Positions 31,413-42,247 of a stretch of 59,578 nt of DNA are shown piece by piece. Location: IMG/VR virus record IMGVR_UViG_3300045988_174428; one strand, given 5' to 3'. The DNA comes from a virus. A program made the position numbers and the translations under genes. Below the pieces are notes generated by a model. The model saw only the letters and a list, made by a program, of their open reading frames with translations, searched no databases and was not told where the DNA came from. Position 1 is the stretch's first letter. The number at the start of each line of letters is the position of its first letter.

Positions 31413-34400
31413 ATGGCTGGTGTCGACGACCTCGGCTTCAAGATCAGCGTCGACGCCTCCGGCGCCACCAAGGGCGCCAACGAGTTCACGGCCGCCGCCG
31501 GGCGCATCGCCGAAGCCACCCGCGCCATGGCCAGGGCCACCCAGGGCGCCAAGGCCGCCGTCCTCCAGAACGCCGTCTCCGGGCGCGGCGGTGCGGAGTA
31601 CCGCACCATGATGAAGCAGATCGACGCCTACAAGGGTCTCATCAAGGTCACCCGCGAACTGGCCGCCGCCCGTAAGGAGCTCGATGGCGTCGACTTCTCC
31701 AAGACCGCCCAGAACATCTCCGAGGCCGTCAAGGCCATGGCCAAGGCCACCAGGACCACCGACTACATCGGCAGCCCCCAGCTGGACAAGGTCAAGTCGC
31801 AGATCGACTTGTACGCGCGCCTGGCCAACGTGTCCCGGGACCTCGCCCGTGCCAACAAGGAGCTCCAGTCCTCCCTGATCAAGACCAACCAGGCCGTGGC
31901 GGCGCAGCCCAAGCAGAAGACGGAACTCGACGAGGCCGCCAAGAGGGAGGCCCTCAGCGCGTTCCGGGGGAAGATGTACCGGGCCCGCGTCAGACAGGCC
32001 GACCCCACCGCCTCCGGGGCCGAAGTAGCCGAAGGAGTGCGAGCCGAGACCCAGGCCTACAAGGAGCTCGTCGACGCCATCGGCAAGGCCGAAGCCGCCG
32101 AGGAGAAGCGCGCCACCGTCGCGGGCATCAACCAGGACCTCGCCCGCGCCCGCCGCCAGGAGGCCGACGAAACCCGGCGCCTGGCCGAGGCCGAACGGGA
32201 CGCCGCCGAGATCTCCGAACGGTCGCAGGCCTTCCGGGCCACCCAGATCGCTGACATCAACTCTGCCATCGACGCCAACAACCGCTACATCGGCGCCCTG
32301 GAATCCACCCGCTTCGCCGCCCAGGACCTGCGCAACTACCTGACGCTGCTCGCCGCCGGGTTCACCTCCCTGTCCGTCGCCTCCGTCTCTGCTGCTGCAA
32401 GCCAGGAGCGCGCGTTCGCCGACGTCGCCCGCACCACCCAGATGTCCGCGCAGTCCGCCGAGATGCGGGCCCTGTCGAACACCTACCGGGACCTGTCCAC
32501 GCAGATCTCCACCACCTACGAGGACCTGTCGCAGATCGGCTCGCTCGGCGCCCAGATGGGCATCAGCGCCGACAAGCTCGGAGACTTCACCCACGCCGTC
32601 GCCGGGTTCACCACCATCACCGGCACCAACATCGACAGCGCCACCGAGGCCTTCGGCCGCTTCTTCGAAATGGTGGACAACGCCGGTGTCGAAGCCGACC
32701 ACAGCGGCCAGAGGTACATGAACTTCGCCTCGCAGGTCGCCGAGCTCGGAGCCAAGTCCGTGGCCACCGAGTCCGAGATCCTCACCATGGCCAACTCCAT
32801 CGCCGCCTCCGCCGCGAGCGCGGGGATCGGTCAGGACGCCATCCTCGCCTACGCCACCGCCCTGTCCAGCCTCGGCATCAAGCAGGAGTGGGCGCGCGGC
32901 TCCCTCCAGCGCATCTTCGGGTCCGTCAACGACGCCGTCGCCGAAGCCGGGGAGGGCCTCGACAAGTTCGCCACCGTCCTCGGCATGACCACGGCGGAGG
33001 CGGAGAACCTGTGGCGCACCGACCCCTCCACGTTCTTCAACAACCTGCTCACCTCCCTCAACAACGTCACCGACAGCGTCGAGCGCTGGACCATCATCAA
33101 GAACCTGGGCTTCAAGAACACCCGCGACATTCAGCTGCTCCAGCGCCTCAGCCTCAACATCGACCTCGTCAACGAATCCTTCCGCAACTCCGCCGACGCC
33201 GCCCGCAACACCGAGTTCCTCGACAGCAGCCTGGAGACCCTCAACGCCACCCTCACCGAAACCATCGCCCGATGGAAGAACTCGCTGGCCAACCTGGGCG
33301 CCTCCCTTGGCGGCCCCTTCCTCGGCGTCGTCAAGAAGATCCTCGACGGCCTCATCGTCATCCAGGACGCCCTGTCGCACATCGGCGACAACGCCTTCGG
33401 CCGCGTCTTCCTGGCCGCCTCCTCCGGCCTGGTCATCTTCGGGTCCCTCGTCGCCATCTCCAAGGTCCTCCAGGCCCTCGTCCTCAACGTCGCCGCCTCC
33501 TACGTGTCGATGAGGACGAACATGGTGCAGGCGGGCCTGTCGGGGCAGATGACCTGGTCGAACATCTACAAGCTCATCAAGCAGGCCAACATGGCCCTGT
33601 ACGAGAACATCGGGCTGATGAAGACGCGCACCGCCCTGGAGCGATCCGACCAGGCCGCCACCTCGCTCGGGGGCCTGGCCGCCGCGGGCGCGGCCGCGAA
33701 GAAGAACGCCGACGCCGCCAAGGATGCCGCTAAGGGCATCGCGGAAGTCGGGACGGCCGCCGCCTCCAGCGCCGCGCAGACCGGCCTGCTCGCCAAGGCC
33801 ATGGGCGGTCTCAAGGGCGTCATGAGCGGGATCGCCTCCATCGGCCCCATGGGGTGGATCGGCATCGCCGCCACCGCCATCCCCGTCGTCATCCAGCTCT
33901 ACGACGAGTGGGCCAACTCCGCCAAGCGCGCCGCCGAAGCCGCCCAGCAGGCCCGTGTCGAGAACCTCCAGGCCCTGGGCGGGGGAGAGGCCCTCACCAA
34001 GGCGCTCATCCAGGACGCCAAGGAGGCCGCCGACGGAACCCAGCAGACCTTCGGCGCCCTCGAACTGGCCGTCGACGGGTCCGCCACCTCCACCAAGGAC
34101 AGCGCCGACGCCCTCTACTACTGGATCGACGCCTCCGGCAATCTCGTCCAGGCCACCAAGGACCAGGCCGCCGCCATGGGCTACTCCACCCTGGCGATCG
34201 GCGACCACACCGCCGCGCTCATCAAGGACGCCATCGCCTCCTCCGACGCCTTCAAGTCTCTGTCGGCCAACGACTTCAAGACCCTCCAGGATCAGGGCTT
34301 CGACTGGAAGGAGTGGTCGCGCCAGTACGCCACCGGCGGGCAGGACGCCGCCAACTCGTACATCGACGGATTCATCCAGCAGCTCAAGGACCGAAAGGAT

Positions 34401-36797
34401 GAGATCTACAAGGCCAACACGTACGAGTCGCGCGTCTACTCCGGCCCCTATGACAACGTCGGCACGCCCATCCGCAAGTACAACAGCACCCCGGCCGGGC
34501 AGCAGGCCGAGCAGGACGTCCAGAATCTCAACAACCAGATCGAGGCCCTGGAGAACCTGCGCACGAAGCTCGGCGATGTGTCCGGGGCCGCCTCCGACGC
34601 CGTGTCGTCCCAGTCCGCCCTCGGCCAGATCGTCCAGGGGCTCACCGGCGACACCCAGGACGCCGCCGACGCCACGGGGAGCCTCGCCGACGCCACCGCC
34701 GATGCGGCTGAGGACGCCAAGACCGCCGGGCAGGCGTGGGACGAGTACCTCCAGTCCCTCGACGCCATCGTCGACGCCGCCTTCCAGTTCACCAACGCCG
34801 AGGCGGGCATGTACTCCGCCCTCGACGAACTCAACCAGTCCTTGTACGACAACGGCAACTCGTTCGACACGTTCACGGAGGCCGGGCGGTCCAACCTGGA
34901 GGCCCTCCAGAACTACCTGAAGGCCACCGCCCAGTACGCCGGGCGCATGGCCGAGGAGATGGGCATGAGCGGCGTCGAGGCGCAGGAGTACATCGCCTCC
35001 TACGTGCAGGCCGCCATCGACGACCTCAAGGCCCAGGGCATCGACACCACGTGGATCGAGGCGCAGATGTCGAACGTCGTCTCCTCCCTCGACCAGACCA
35101 TCTCCGGGCCCACCGTCGACATGAGCGCCCTGAACGCGGGCCTCCAGGACGCGGTCACCAACGCCAACAACGCCGCCGCCCTCATCCAGCAGATCCTCGC
35201 GGGTGTCGGCATCCGCACATCGTCGCGGCCCGGGGGCGGGTTGAACACCGGTGGGAAGCGGCTCAACAAGAACGTCCTCGGATCGAAGGGCGGCCTGACC
35301 ACCAAGCAGATCACCGCGGGGATGAGCATCGGGGCGATGGGGTTCACGGGGGGCGGCGGCTCGGTCCGCGGCCTGGCGAACACCATGTTCCAGGGCAACA
35401 AGCAGCGCTACCAGTTCACCCCCAAGGAGTCCTCCTCGGGCCACGGGGGCGGCGGAGGTGGCGGCCACCGCGGCGGTGGCGGTGGCGGCGGAGGGGGCCA
35501 CGACCACACACCCCGGTCCTCCTCGTCGCGCACCAGGAAGGAGAAGACCCCGGAGGAGATCTTCGAGGACTTCCTCTCCCGCCTCGACAAGGCCATGAAC
35601 CAGGCTTTGAACAAGTTCTGGCAGAACCAGGACGCCCAGGACAAGTACCACGCCCAGCTCAACTCGATGCGCAAGACCATCGAGGACGCCAACAAGTCAA
35701 TCAAGGACCTCACCGACGACATCTGGGACCTGAACAACACCCTGTCGGAGAAGGAGAACGACCTGGCGAACCAGCGCTACTTCCAGTCCGTCGCCAAGAA
35801 GTACGGGGACACCAGCAGGCAGCGCGACATTCAGGTCGACATCGACAAGACCACGAAGGAGATCTCCGACACGAAGAACTCCATCGCCGACAAGGAGAAG
35901 GAGATCGCCAAGACGAAGGAGGGCATGTACGCCCTCCAGGGGTACACGGAGGCGGCCATCAACAACCGGGCCGCCCTCAAGGCCCTCCAGTCCACCATGA
36001 TCGACATGATCAACGCCTACGCGGCCTCCGGGGCGTCCACGGAGCAGCTCACCGCCTACGCCGCCCAGCTGAAGCAGGAGTTCATCGCCCAGGCCACGCA
36101 GATGGGCTTCAACCAGGGCGAAGTGACCACCCTGTCCGGGGCGTTCGACAACCTCACCCGGACGATCCAGGCGGTGCCCCGCGTCGTCGACGTCGACGTG
36201 TCCGACAACGGCACCTCCGACCGCACCGGCGCCGGAATCCGCTCCATGGCCTCCAACGGGGGCGCCGGCTACCAGGCCCCGGTCACCGCCGAGGCGGACA
36301 CCTGGAGGGCGGGCAAGCAGCTCAGCGCGCTCACCGAGGATCGGTACGTGACCATTCGGGCCCGAGTGGTGAGCGGGGCGCTGGCCGGGCTGGCCGGGTT
36401 CCTGGGCAGGGCCCACGGCGGCCGCGTGCCCGGCCGGGCCGGGGGTGGCGGAATGCTCGGAGGGCGCAGGCGCACCGGCAACTGGGACGCCGACGACCTG
36501 CTCGGCATCACCCCGGTCGGCGGCGTCATCGGCGTCCAGTCCGGCGAGTACGTCATGCCCCGCTCCAGCGTCGACAAGTACGGGCCCGGAATGATGGAGG
36601 CCATCCGTGCCGGGCAGTACCGCCCTGAGGTCAAGGTCAACAACAGCCCCGGCCTGTCGGGCCCCATTACGATCAACCCCAACCAGATCCACCAGCTCGC
36701 CCGGGCCGTGTCGACCGTCCTCAACCTGGACGGCCGGGCCGTGGGCGCCGCCGTCAACAACGTCAACGCCCGAAGCGGACGAAGGGGGACCTACTGA
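31413..36797 (+). CDS. tape measure protein (1794 aa)
   Basis: ORF track with GGAGGAG upstream. Long Ala/Gln-rich helical protein in the canonical position. Confidence 0.9.
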   Translation: MAGVDDLGFKISVDASGATKGANEFTAAAGRIAEATRAMARATQGAKAAVLQNAVSGRGGAEYRTMMKQIDAYKGLIKVTRELAAARKELDGVDFSKTAQNISEAVKAMAKATRTTDYIGSPQLDKVKSQIDLYARLANVSRDLARANKELQSSLIKTNQAVAAQPKQKTELDEAAKREALSAFRGKMYRARVRQADPTASGAEVAEGVRAETQAYKELVDAIGKAEAAEEKRATVAGINQDLARARRQEADETRRLAEAERDAAEISERSQAFRATQIADINSAIDANNRYIGALESTRFAAQDLRNYLTLLAAGFTSLSVASVSAAASQERAFADVARTTQMSAQSAEMRALSNTYRDLSTQISTTYEDLSQIGSLGAQMGISADKLGDFTHAVAGFTTITGTNIDSATEAFGRFFEMVDNAGVEADHSGQRYMNFASQVAELGAKSVATESEILTMANSIAASAASAGIGQDAILAYATALSSLGIKQEWARGSLQRIFGSVNDAVAEAGEGLDKFATVLGMTTAEAENLWRTDPSTFFNNLLTSLNNVTDSVERWTIIKNLGFKNTRDIQLLQRLSLNIDLVNESFRNSADAARNTEFLDSSLETLNATLTETIARWKNSLANLGASLGGPFLGVVKKILDGLIVIQDALSHIGDNAFGRVFLAASSGLVIFGSLVAISKVLQALVLNVAASYVSMRTNMVQAGLSGQMTWSNIYKLIKQANMALYENIGLMKTRTALERSDQAATSLGGLAAAGAAAKKNADAAKDAAKGIAEVGTAAASSAAQTGLLAKAMGGLKGVMSGIASIGPMGWIGIAATAIPVVIQLYDEWANSAKRAAEAAQQARVENLQALGGGEALTKALIQDAKEAADGTQQTFGALELAVDGSATSTKDSADALYYWIDASGNLVQATKDQAAAMGYSTLAIGDHTAALIKDAIASSDAFKSLSANDFKTLQDQGFDWKEWSRQYATGGQDAANSYIDGFIQQLKDRKDEIYKANTYESRVYSGPYDNVGTPIRKYNSTPAGQQAEQDVQNLNNQIEALENLRTKLGDVSGAASDAVSSQSALGQIVQGLTGDTQDAADATGSLADATADAAEDAKTAGQAWDEYLQSLDAIVDAAFQFTNAEAGMYSALDELNQSLYDNGNSFDTFTEAGRSNLEALQNYLKATAQYAGRMAEEMGMSGVEAQEYIASYVQAAIDDLKAQGIDTTWIEAQMSNVVSSLDQTISGPTVDMSALNAGLQDAVTNANNAAALIQQILAGVGIRTSSRPGGGLNTGGKRLNKNVLGSKGGLTTKQITAGMSIGAMGFTGGGGSVRGLANTMFQGNKQRYQFTPKESSSGHGGGGGGGHRGGGGGGGGGHDHTPRSSSSRTRKEKTPEEIFEDFLSRLDKAMNQALNKFWQNQDAQDKYHAQLNSMRKTIEDANKSIKDLTDDIWDLNNTLSEKENDLANQRYFQSVAKKYGDTSRQRDIQVDIDKTTKEISDTKNSIADKEKEIAKTKEGMYALQGYTEAAINNRAALKALQSTMIDMINAYAASGASTEQLTAYAAQLKQEFIAQATQMGFNQGEVTTLSGAFDNLTRTIQAVPRVVDVDVSDNGTSDRTGAGIRSMASNGGAGYQAPVTAEADTWRAGKQLSALTEDRYVTIRARVVSGALAGLAGFLGRAHGGRVPGRAGGGGMLGGRRRTGNWDADDLLGITPVGGVIGVQSGEYVMPRSSVDKYGPGMMEAIRAGQYRPEVKVNNSPGLSGPITINPNQIHQLARAVSTVLNLDGRAVGAAVNNVNARSGRRGTY

Positions 36798-37633
36798 TGT
36801 CAGCGCACCACGGTGTCGCGGCCCTGTGGACGGGGCGGCGGTTCGCCTGGATCCCGGCCCCCGACGCCCCCGCCTCGCACACCCTGGTCTCCTGGGGGTC
36901 CGCCGACCAACTGATCGGGGGCGGCGCCGTCGTGTCCGCCTCCAGGTACGCCGCCCGCACCATCGAACTGTCGTGGTCCAACCTGACCCGCTCCGAGCTG
37001 CTGCTCATTCAGGACATGCTCACCTGGGCGGGCGAGGATGAGATCATCTACCGGGACGACATGAACTCCGGCGGCAACATCCTCTCACCGTTCCTGGGGC
37101 GGCCCCACCTGCACGCCGACTCGCTGACGCCCCTCGCCTACGACGACAAGGGCACCGTCCTGGGGCGCACCGTCGACGTCAACAACGGGCCCCTCAAGGC
37201 CCTGGAGTTCACCGGGGCGCAGGCCGCCGACGGCAGGCCGCACGTGTACCGGGAGCACGTGCTCATCCCCCCGGGAGCCGACATGCACATCGTCGCCTCC
37301 GGAGCCCTCACAGCGCCCGGCCTCATCCAGGTCACCGGCGGCGTCAACATCTCGTCGGCCGCCATCACCCGCATCCCCGGCCTCGACGACGCCCCCAGGA
37401 TCGTCGACGTGACCGTCACCGCCCCCGCCGTGGCCGACCAGGTCCTCACCTGGGTTCGGGCCGCGTTCACCGCCCGCGGCGGGGCCGCCCCCGACCTGTG
37501 GCCGTACGCCACCCCGGAGGGCTTCGGCTCCATGCGCGTCGAACCCGGCTCCCTGGCCGTCACCGGCGTCAACCCCGCCTACGGGCTGTTCTCCGCCACC
37601 GTCACCCTGCGGGAGGTCTGGCCGTGGCTGTGA
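36797..37633 (+). CDS. distal tail protein / minor tail protein
   Basis: ORF track. TGATG junction with the tape measure gene. Confidence 0.55.
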   Translation: MSAHHGVAALWTGRRFAWIPAPDAPASHTLVSWGSADQLIGGGAVVSASRYAARTIELSWSNLTRSELLLIQDMLTWAGEDEIIYRDDMNSGGNILSPFLGRPHLHADSLTPLAYDDKGTVLGRTVDVNNGPLKALEFTGAQAADGRPHVYREHVLIPPGADMHIVASGALTAPGLIQVTGGVNISSAAITRIPGLDDAPRIVDVTVTAPAVADQVLTWVRAAFTARGGAAPDLWPYATPEGFGSMRVEPGSLAVTGVNPAYGLFSATVTLREVWPWL

Positions 37634-39099
37634 GATTCTTCGGCGCCCCCACCGGGGTGGGCTCCTGGTCCTACGACGAGGACGCCGTGTCCCTCGACCG
37701 GGACGAATCCCCCTCGGGAACCGCCACCGTCACCGTCGGCGGCCCCGGCCGGTTCACCCCCGCCGACCTGACCCCCCTGCTCGGCAGGACCCTGATCGTC
37801 CAGTCCACCGGCCGCGGCCGGTCCGACATGATGATCACCGATATCAGCATCGACGAGGACTCCTGGTCCATCACGGGGGGTTCGGGGCTGTCGGCCCTCA
37901 ACCAGGTGGGCACGCTCAACCCCGTGCACCGCACCGACCTGGAGTCGATCATCAGCCGGTGCTTCTTCGCCGTCAACTGGCCCATGCCGCCCGTCAGCGT
38001 CGACACAGCCCTGAAGGACGAGCGCTACAACCTGCCCGGCGGACGCGACAACGTGTGGTCCATGCTGCGTCGCTTCCTGAGCGCCAATATGCTCGACCTG
38101 TCCTGGCGGGACAGCACCATCACCATCACCCCCCGGCCCGGGCGCGACATCTACCTCCAGGACCGCCCCACGTCCTCCACCGTCAGCCTGGAGGACGGCG
38201 CCCGATCCAAGGAGATCCGGGTCAACGTCTACCACCGCACCCGCATCGGGACGGGCGTCGGCGCCAACGCCGACCGGGGCCTCATCTACCCGGTGGCCCC
38301 CTCCAAGTACCCGGGGGCCGACGTCCAGTACGGGGACTCCAGCGACACGGGGGCGCTGAGCGTCAACGCCGGTGAGCGCACGGAGGCCACCATCCGCTTC
38401 GGCGCCGAGGTCTCCTACGTCAACCAGCCCACCATGGTTCGCTCCATCCCCTTCAAAGACGGTTCGCCGGACCTGACGCACATGCGCAACGGCCTGTACG
38501 TCGTCGTCGGCAAGGACAACAAGCCGATCATGCCCGCCCAGTGGGCCGACATGGGCGGCGGCCTGACCGTCAAACTCAACGACGACCGGCGCTCCGCCAC
38601 GGTGATCCTGTCCGGCATGAACTACGAGCACCTGTCCCCCTACCGGGTCTGCGAATCCGACGGCAAAGTGGACCACCCGGCCCTGTACCTGATCGGCGGC
38701 CTGGGCTCCTACGTCGACGTGGAGACCCTCAGCCTGGCGACCGGGGCGAAGGGCACCGACGACGTCACCACGATCGACAACCCGTCCATTGACACCACGA
38801 CCAAGGGCTGGGCGGCGGCGCAGGCGGCCGCGGACGCCCGCGTCGGCTCCACGCTGACACTGCAATGGAAGGGCGCCCCGCCCTCCGGGCCGGTCCTGGG
38901 TGCCCTGCCGGGGGCCCGGTTCCGCTACCGGGGCCACTGGTGGCGGGTCGACTCGGCCACGATCGAGGAGGGGGCGGTGTCGCTCCAGGCCACCAGCCAC
39001 CCGCTCCTGGCCGACTACAACCGCAAGTACCCGCGCGTCGGCGACCTGCCCATCGCAGGACGCACGCTGCGCGACCTGTCCACGATCGGAGTCCTGTGA
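37630..39099 (+). CDS. minor tail protein (baseplate hub / Tal-like position, 489 aa)
   Basis: GTG at 37630 (V45 of ORF 37498..39099). GTGA overlap. Confidence 0.55.
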   Translation: MRFFGAPTGVGSWSYDEDAVSLDRDESPSGTATVTVGGPGRFTPADLTPLLGRTLIVQSTGRGRSDMMITDISIDEDSWSITGGSGLSALNQVGTLNPVHRTDLESIISRCFFAVNWPMPPVSVDTALKDERYNLPGGRDNVWSMLRRFLSANMLDLSWRDSTITITPRPGRDIYLQDRPTSSTVSLEDGARSKEIRVNVYHRTRIGTGVGANADRGLIYPVAPSKYPGADVQYGDSSDTGALSVNAGERTEATIRFGAEVSYVNQPTMVRSIPFKDGSPDLTHMRNGLYVVVGKDNKPIMPAQWADMGGGLTVKLNDDRRSATVILSGMNYEHLSPYRVCESDGKVDHPALYLIGGLGSYVDVETLSLATGAKGTDDVTTIDNPSIDTTTKGWAAAQAAADARVGSTLTLQWKGAPPSGPVLGALPGARFRYRGHWWRVDSATIEEGAVSLQATSHPLLADYNRKYPRVGDLPIAGRTLRDLSTIGVL

Positions 39100-41123
39100 T
39101 GGCGTATACCGCATCCGTGTTCCCCGCCTCCAACCTGTCCCCCCAGTCGCAGCAGTGGCGCGGCGCCGTGGAGAAGCGCGTGTCGATCCTGGAGGAGGGC
39201 GACACCTCCGCCCACGCCCGACGCATCATGAGCCGGTGGACGGCGGCCGTGGGATCCATCGGCAGCCTTGAGGAGCGTCTCGACGACGCCCAGTCGCTCG
39301 CGCAGATCGCCGGGGCCATGGCCGACGACGCCGTCTCCTGGCACGACGCGCCCCCCGTGTCCCCCGGTCCGGGCGTGGAGAACCCCGACATCCCCGTCAA
39401 CCAGAACGCCACCTGGTACGTGTGCGAACTGTCCAAGCAGGGCGGTGTCGACAAGGACCGCGTCAAGCAGGTGTGGCAGTGGTCGCCCCCGGGCGTGGAC
39501 GGCGACGCGGACGGCAAGTGGGTGCAGCAGCACTGGGGCACCGACACCCTCGGTGAGGGGGCCGTCGACTACAAGCACCTGGCCGCCGCCGCCAAGGGGG
39601 ACCTCCAGGCCGCTAAGGCCCTGTCGGGGCGCTTCGACACCCTGGCCGCCTCCTACGAGCAGACGAGGGCGGACCTGGAGCAGGCGAAGAAGGACGTCGC
39701 CAAGGCGGTGGCCGGTGCCAAGGCCGTCATCATCTCCGACACGGAGCCCACCGGCGCGGACCGCAAGCAGGGGAACCTGTGGGTGTCGACCGCCGGAGGC
39801 ACGACGAGGCTCTACGTGTTCGACGAGGCGAAGAACGCCTGGGTCCTGGTCGAGGGGGATGACGCCGCCCAGGCCGCGGCCGCCGCCGCCGAGGCGCAGA
39901 AGAAGGCGAAGGAGGCCCTGGACAAGGCGCAGGCCGTGGAGGACATGGCCACGGCCGCCAAGCTCGCCGCGCAGCGCGCCCAGAAGAGCGCTGACGGGAA
40001 GAACACGATCTTCTACCAGGCCGACAAGCCGTCGCTCAACGGGCGCAACGACGGCGACCTGTGGTACGACACGGACGACAACTACAGGATGTACCGCTTC
40101 CGGGCCGGTGTCGAGGACTTCATCGAGGCGGGGGTGGCCGCCGCGGACCTCACGGGCACCATGTCGAACAGCATGGTCGAGGGGGTGTGGAAGCAGGCGC
40201 AGTCCTCCGGGGCCGTGGCCAGGAACCCGGTCGAGGGGTCGATGATCGCCAATGGGGCTATCACCACCACGCACGTGCAGGGCCTTGACGCCGGTGTGAT
40301 CACCTCCGGGTTCATCGGCTCCGACCGCATCGCCGCCAGGTCCCTCACCGCCGCCGTGCTGGCCGCCGGGACCATCACCGCCGAGAGCGGGGTCATCGGC
40401 AGCCTGAACGCCAACGACATCAAGTTCGGCACCCTGTCGGGCGACCGCGTCGACGCCAACACGCTGCGCGGCAAGGTCATCGAGGGGGGCACCATCAAGG
40501 GCGGACTGATCGCCGGGGGCAGGGTTCTGGGCGCCACCCTGGCCACCACGACGAACGGGAATGGTGACCGCGTGGAGATCGACGCCAGCCACGGTCTGAC
40601 CGTGTGGCGGGGGAACAAGGTGTACGCGCGGTTGCACCCGTCCCTGGCGAACGGCCTGGCGCTGAACAACCCGAATAGCGGCAATCTGGTTCAAGGCCCG
40701 TACGCCGACCTGACGGACGTGTCGTCCATTATTTTCGGGGCGCAGTTCAAGTTCCAGCGCAACCCCACGACGGTCAACGCCGCCTCCGACGGATGCGTCG
40801 CCTACTCGTGGTCTTTCAACGCCCCCGCCTCAGGCCGAGCCATCATCATCGCGTCGATAAACTGCGTGTCGGGGGCGCAGAACCCCAACCAGCGGGCCCT
40901 ATTTATTCTGCGCAACAGGGACTCGGGCTCGTGGATGGAAACCGGTTACGTGTACAACGGCTACGGATGGCAGTCCGACGTCCCCATGTTCATGGGCATG
41001 GCCACGAAGCTGCCCACCTCGGGCAAGTGCACGATCTGGACGAAGATGGGCATGCGCAACAACGGGGCCGACTACATCGGCTGGGGCTCGGACTTCGCCT
41101 CCACCATGCTCATCCCCTGTTGA
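39099..41123 (+). CDS. minor tail / fibre protein with central Ala-rich coiled coil (674 aa)
   Basis: M79 of ORF 38865..41123. TGATG junction. Contains AAQAAAAAAEAQKKAKEALDKAQAVEDMATAAKLAAQRAQ. Confidence 0.55.
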   Translation: MAYTASVFPASNLSPQSQQWRGAVEKRVSILEEGDTSAHARRIMSRWTAAVGSIGSLEERLDDAQSLAQIAGAMADDAVSWHDAPPVSPGPGVENPDIPVNQNATWYVCELSKQGGVDKDRVKQVWQWSPPGVDGDADGKWVQQHWGTDTLGEGAVDYKHLAAAAKGDLQAAKALSGRFDTLAASYEQTRADLEQAKKDVAKAVAGAKAVIISDTEPTGADRKQGNLWVSTAGGTTRLYVFDEAKNAWVLVEGDDAAQAAAAAAEAQKKAKEALDKAQAVEDMATAAKLAAQRAQKSADGKNTIFYQADKPSLNGRNDGDLWYDTDDNYRMYRFRAGVEDFIEAGVAAADLTGTMSNSMVEGVWKQAQSSGAVARNPVEGSMIANGAITTTHVQGLDAGVITSGFIGSDRIAARSLTAAVLAAGTITAESGVIGSLNANDIKFGTLSGDRVDANTLRGKVIEGGTIKGGLIAGGRVLGATLATTTNGNGDRVEIDASHGLTVWRGNKVYARLHPSLANGLALNNPNSGNLVQGPYADLTDVSSIIFGAQFKFQRNPTTVNAASDGCVAYSWSFNAPASGRAIIIASINCVSGAQNPNQRALFILRNRDSGSWMETGYVYNGYGWQSDVPMFMGMATKLPTSGKCTIWTKMGMRNNGADYIGWGSDFASTMLIPC

Positions 41124-41140
41124 GAAGGGACAATAGGACC

Positions 41141-41812
41141 ATGACGGGAACCGACCGCAACGGAATCTACACGTACTCCGGCGACGACACCGCCGCCGAC
41201 TGGCCCACGCTACTCAACCTCGGCGTCTCCTCCGTGTCGAACGCCATCTCCAAACTGCGCCAGTCATCCATCTACAAGGCCAGCAACGCCGCCGCCGCCA
41301 ACACCCTGCGCGACACCCTCGTCGCCGCGGGCGTCACCCCGTCGGCCACCGACCCCATCCTCATCTACCTCACCTCCAATGGGCGCATCATCGCCTGGGA
41401 CGGGGCCACCTGGAAGTCCGACGGCTCCAACATCACCTCCTGGATTATCACCGGCAACGAGGTCGCCACCCCCGCCACCCCCATCACCAACGCCATTCTC
41501 GTCGGCAGTCGCGGCGAGGCCAGCAGGTTCCGGGAGGAAGCCGGCTCCACGGTCATCCGGGTGCCCACGCCCCTCGACAGCAAGTTCACCGGGTTCATCA
41601 GCCTGGCCCGCAAGTACACGGGCATCGCCACCGCCCTGATCACCAACGGCGACGTGTGGTCATTCGGCGGGAACATCGGCGGCGCCGGCTACGGGTGGGA
41701 CAAGGTCAAGAACAACGAGGGTGTCATCGTCCGCGTCCCCTACGTGGCCCGAGGCGCCGCGCCGGGAAGCCTCATCCGCATCAACTACGCCATCAAGGGA
41801 TGGGAGGCGTGA
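41141..41812 (+). CDS. minor tail / putative receptor-binding protein (223 aa)
   Basis: M117 of ORF 40793..41812. Last non-membrane gene of the tail block. Confidence 0.45.
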   Translation: MTGTDRNGIYTYSGDDTAADWPTLLNLGVSSVSNAISKLRQSSIYKASNAAAANTLRDTLVAAGVTPSATDPILIYLTSNGRIIAWDGATWKSDGSNITSWIITGNEVATPATPITNAILVGSRGEASRFREEAGSTVIRVPTPLDSKFTGFISLARKYTGIATALITNGDVWSFGGNIGGAGYGWDKVKNNEGVIVRVPYVARGAAPGSLIRINYAIKGWEA

Positions 41813-41817
41813 GCCTC

Positions 41818-42243
41818 ATGTACATACCGCACCCGCCCTGGGCCAACACCCTCGACCGGGGCCTGCGCGCCGTCGGCTACCTGGCCCTATCGGTGTTCTC
41901 CATCCGCGAGGCCGGGCTCATGCCCTACACGCCCGACGCCGCCATCTGGTACAACCTGACCGTCCACATGGTTCTGGCTGCGACAGCCGGCGGTTGTGCG
42001 CTCGCATGCCTGACCGGACGCTCGCAGGCGGAGATGGTCATCCTGCCCCTCGTCCTGGGGTGCGCGTCGGCCTCCTGGATCCTCGTCGTGTCCGCACACG
42101 GCCTGGGCGCCCGGTCCGCCCTGCTCCTGTCCGTCGTGTTCCTCCTGTCCGCTAGAATGAACTGGCTGCGGTGGCTCAGACACCGCGCCATAATCCTCAC
42201 CGCGCTACGCGACCGCGGCGGCCCGAACACCGACAGGGGGTGA
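41818..42243 (+). CDS. polytopic membrane protein (141 aa)
   Basis: M55 of ORF 41656..42243. About four hydrophobic helices. Confidence 0.55.
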   Translation: MYIPHPPWANTLDRGLRAVGYLALSVFSIREAGLMPYTPDAAIWYNLTVHMVLAATAGGCALACLTGRSQAEMVILPLVLGCASASWILVVSAHGLGARSALLLSVVFLLSARMNWLRWLRHRAIILTALRDRGGPNTDRG

Positions 42244-42247
42244 TCGC

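Noticed and set aside
31380-35651. Very long antisense or alternative-frame ORFs, for example 31380..35651 (-), 15963..18008 (-), 17609..19528 (-), 22250..23680 (-), 47819..50455 (+) and 39015..40694 (-).
   Set aside because: Their translations are Arg/Gly/Pro/His-rich low-complexity strings typical of shadow frames in GC-rich DNA. Each lies opposite or out of frame to a gene with clear protein-like composition and recognisable motifs.
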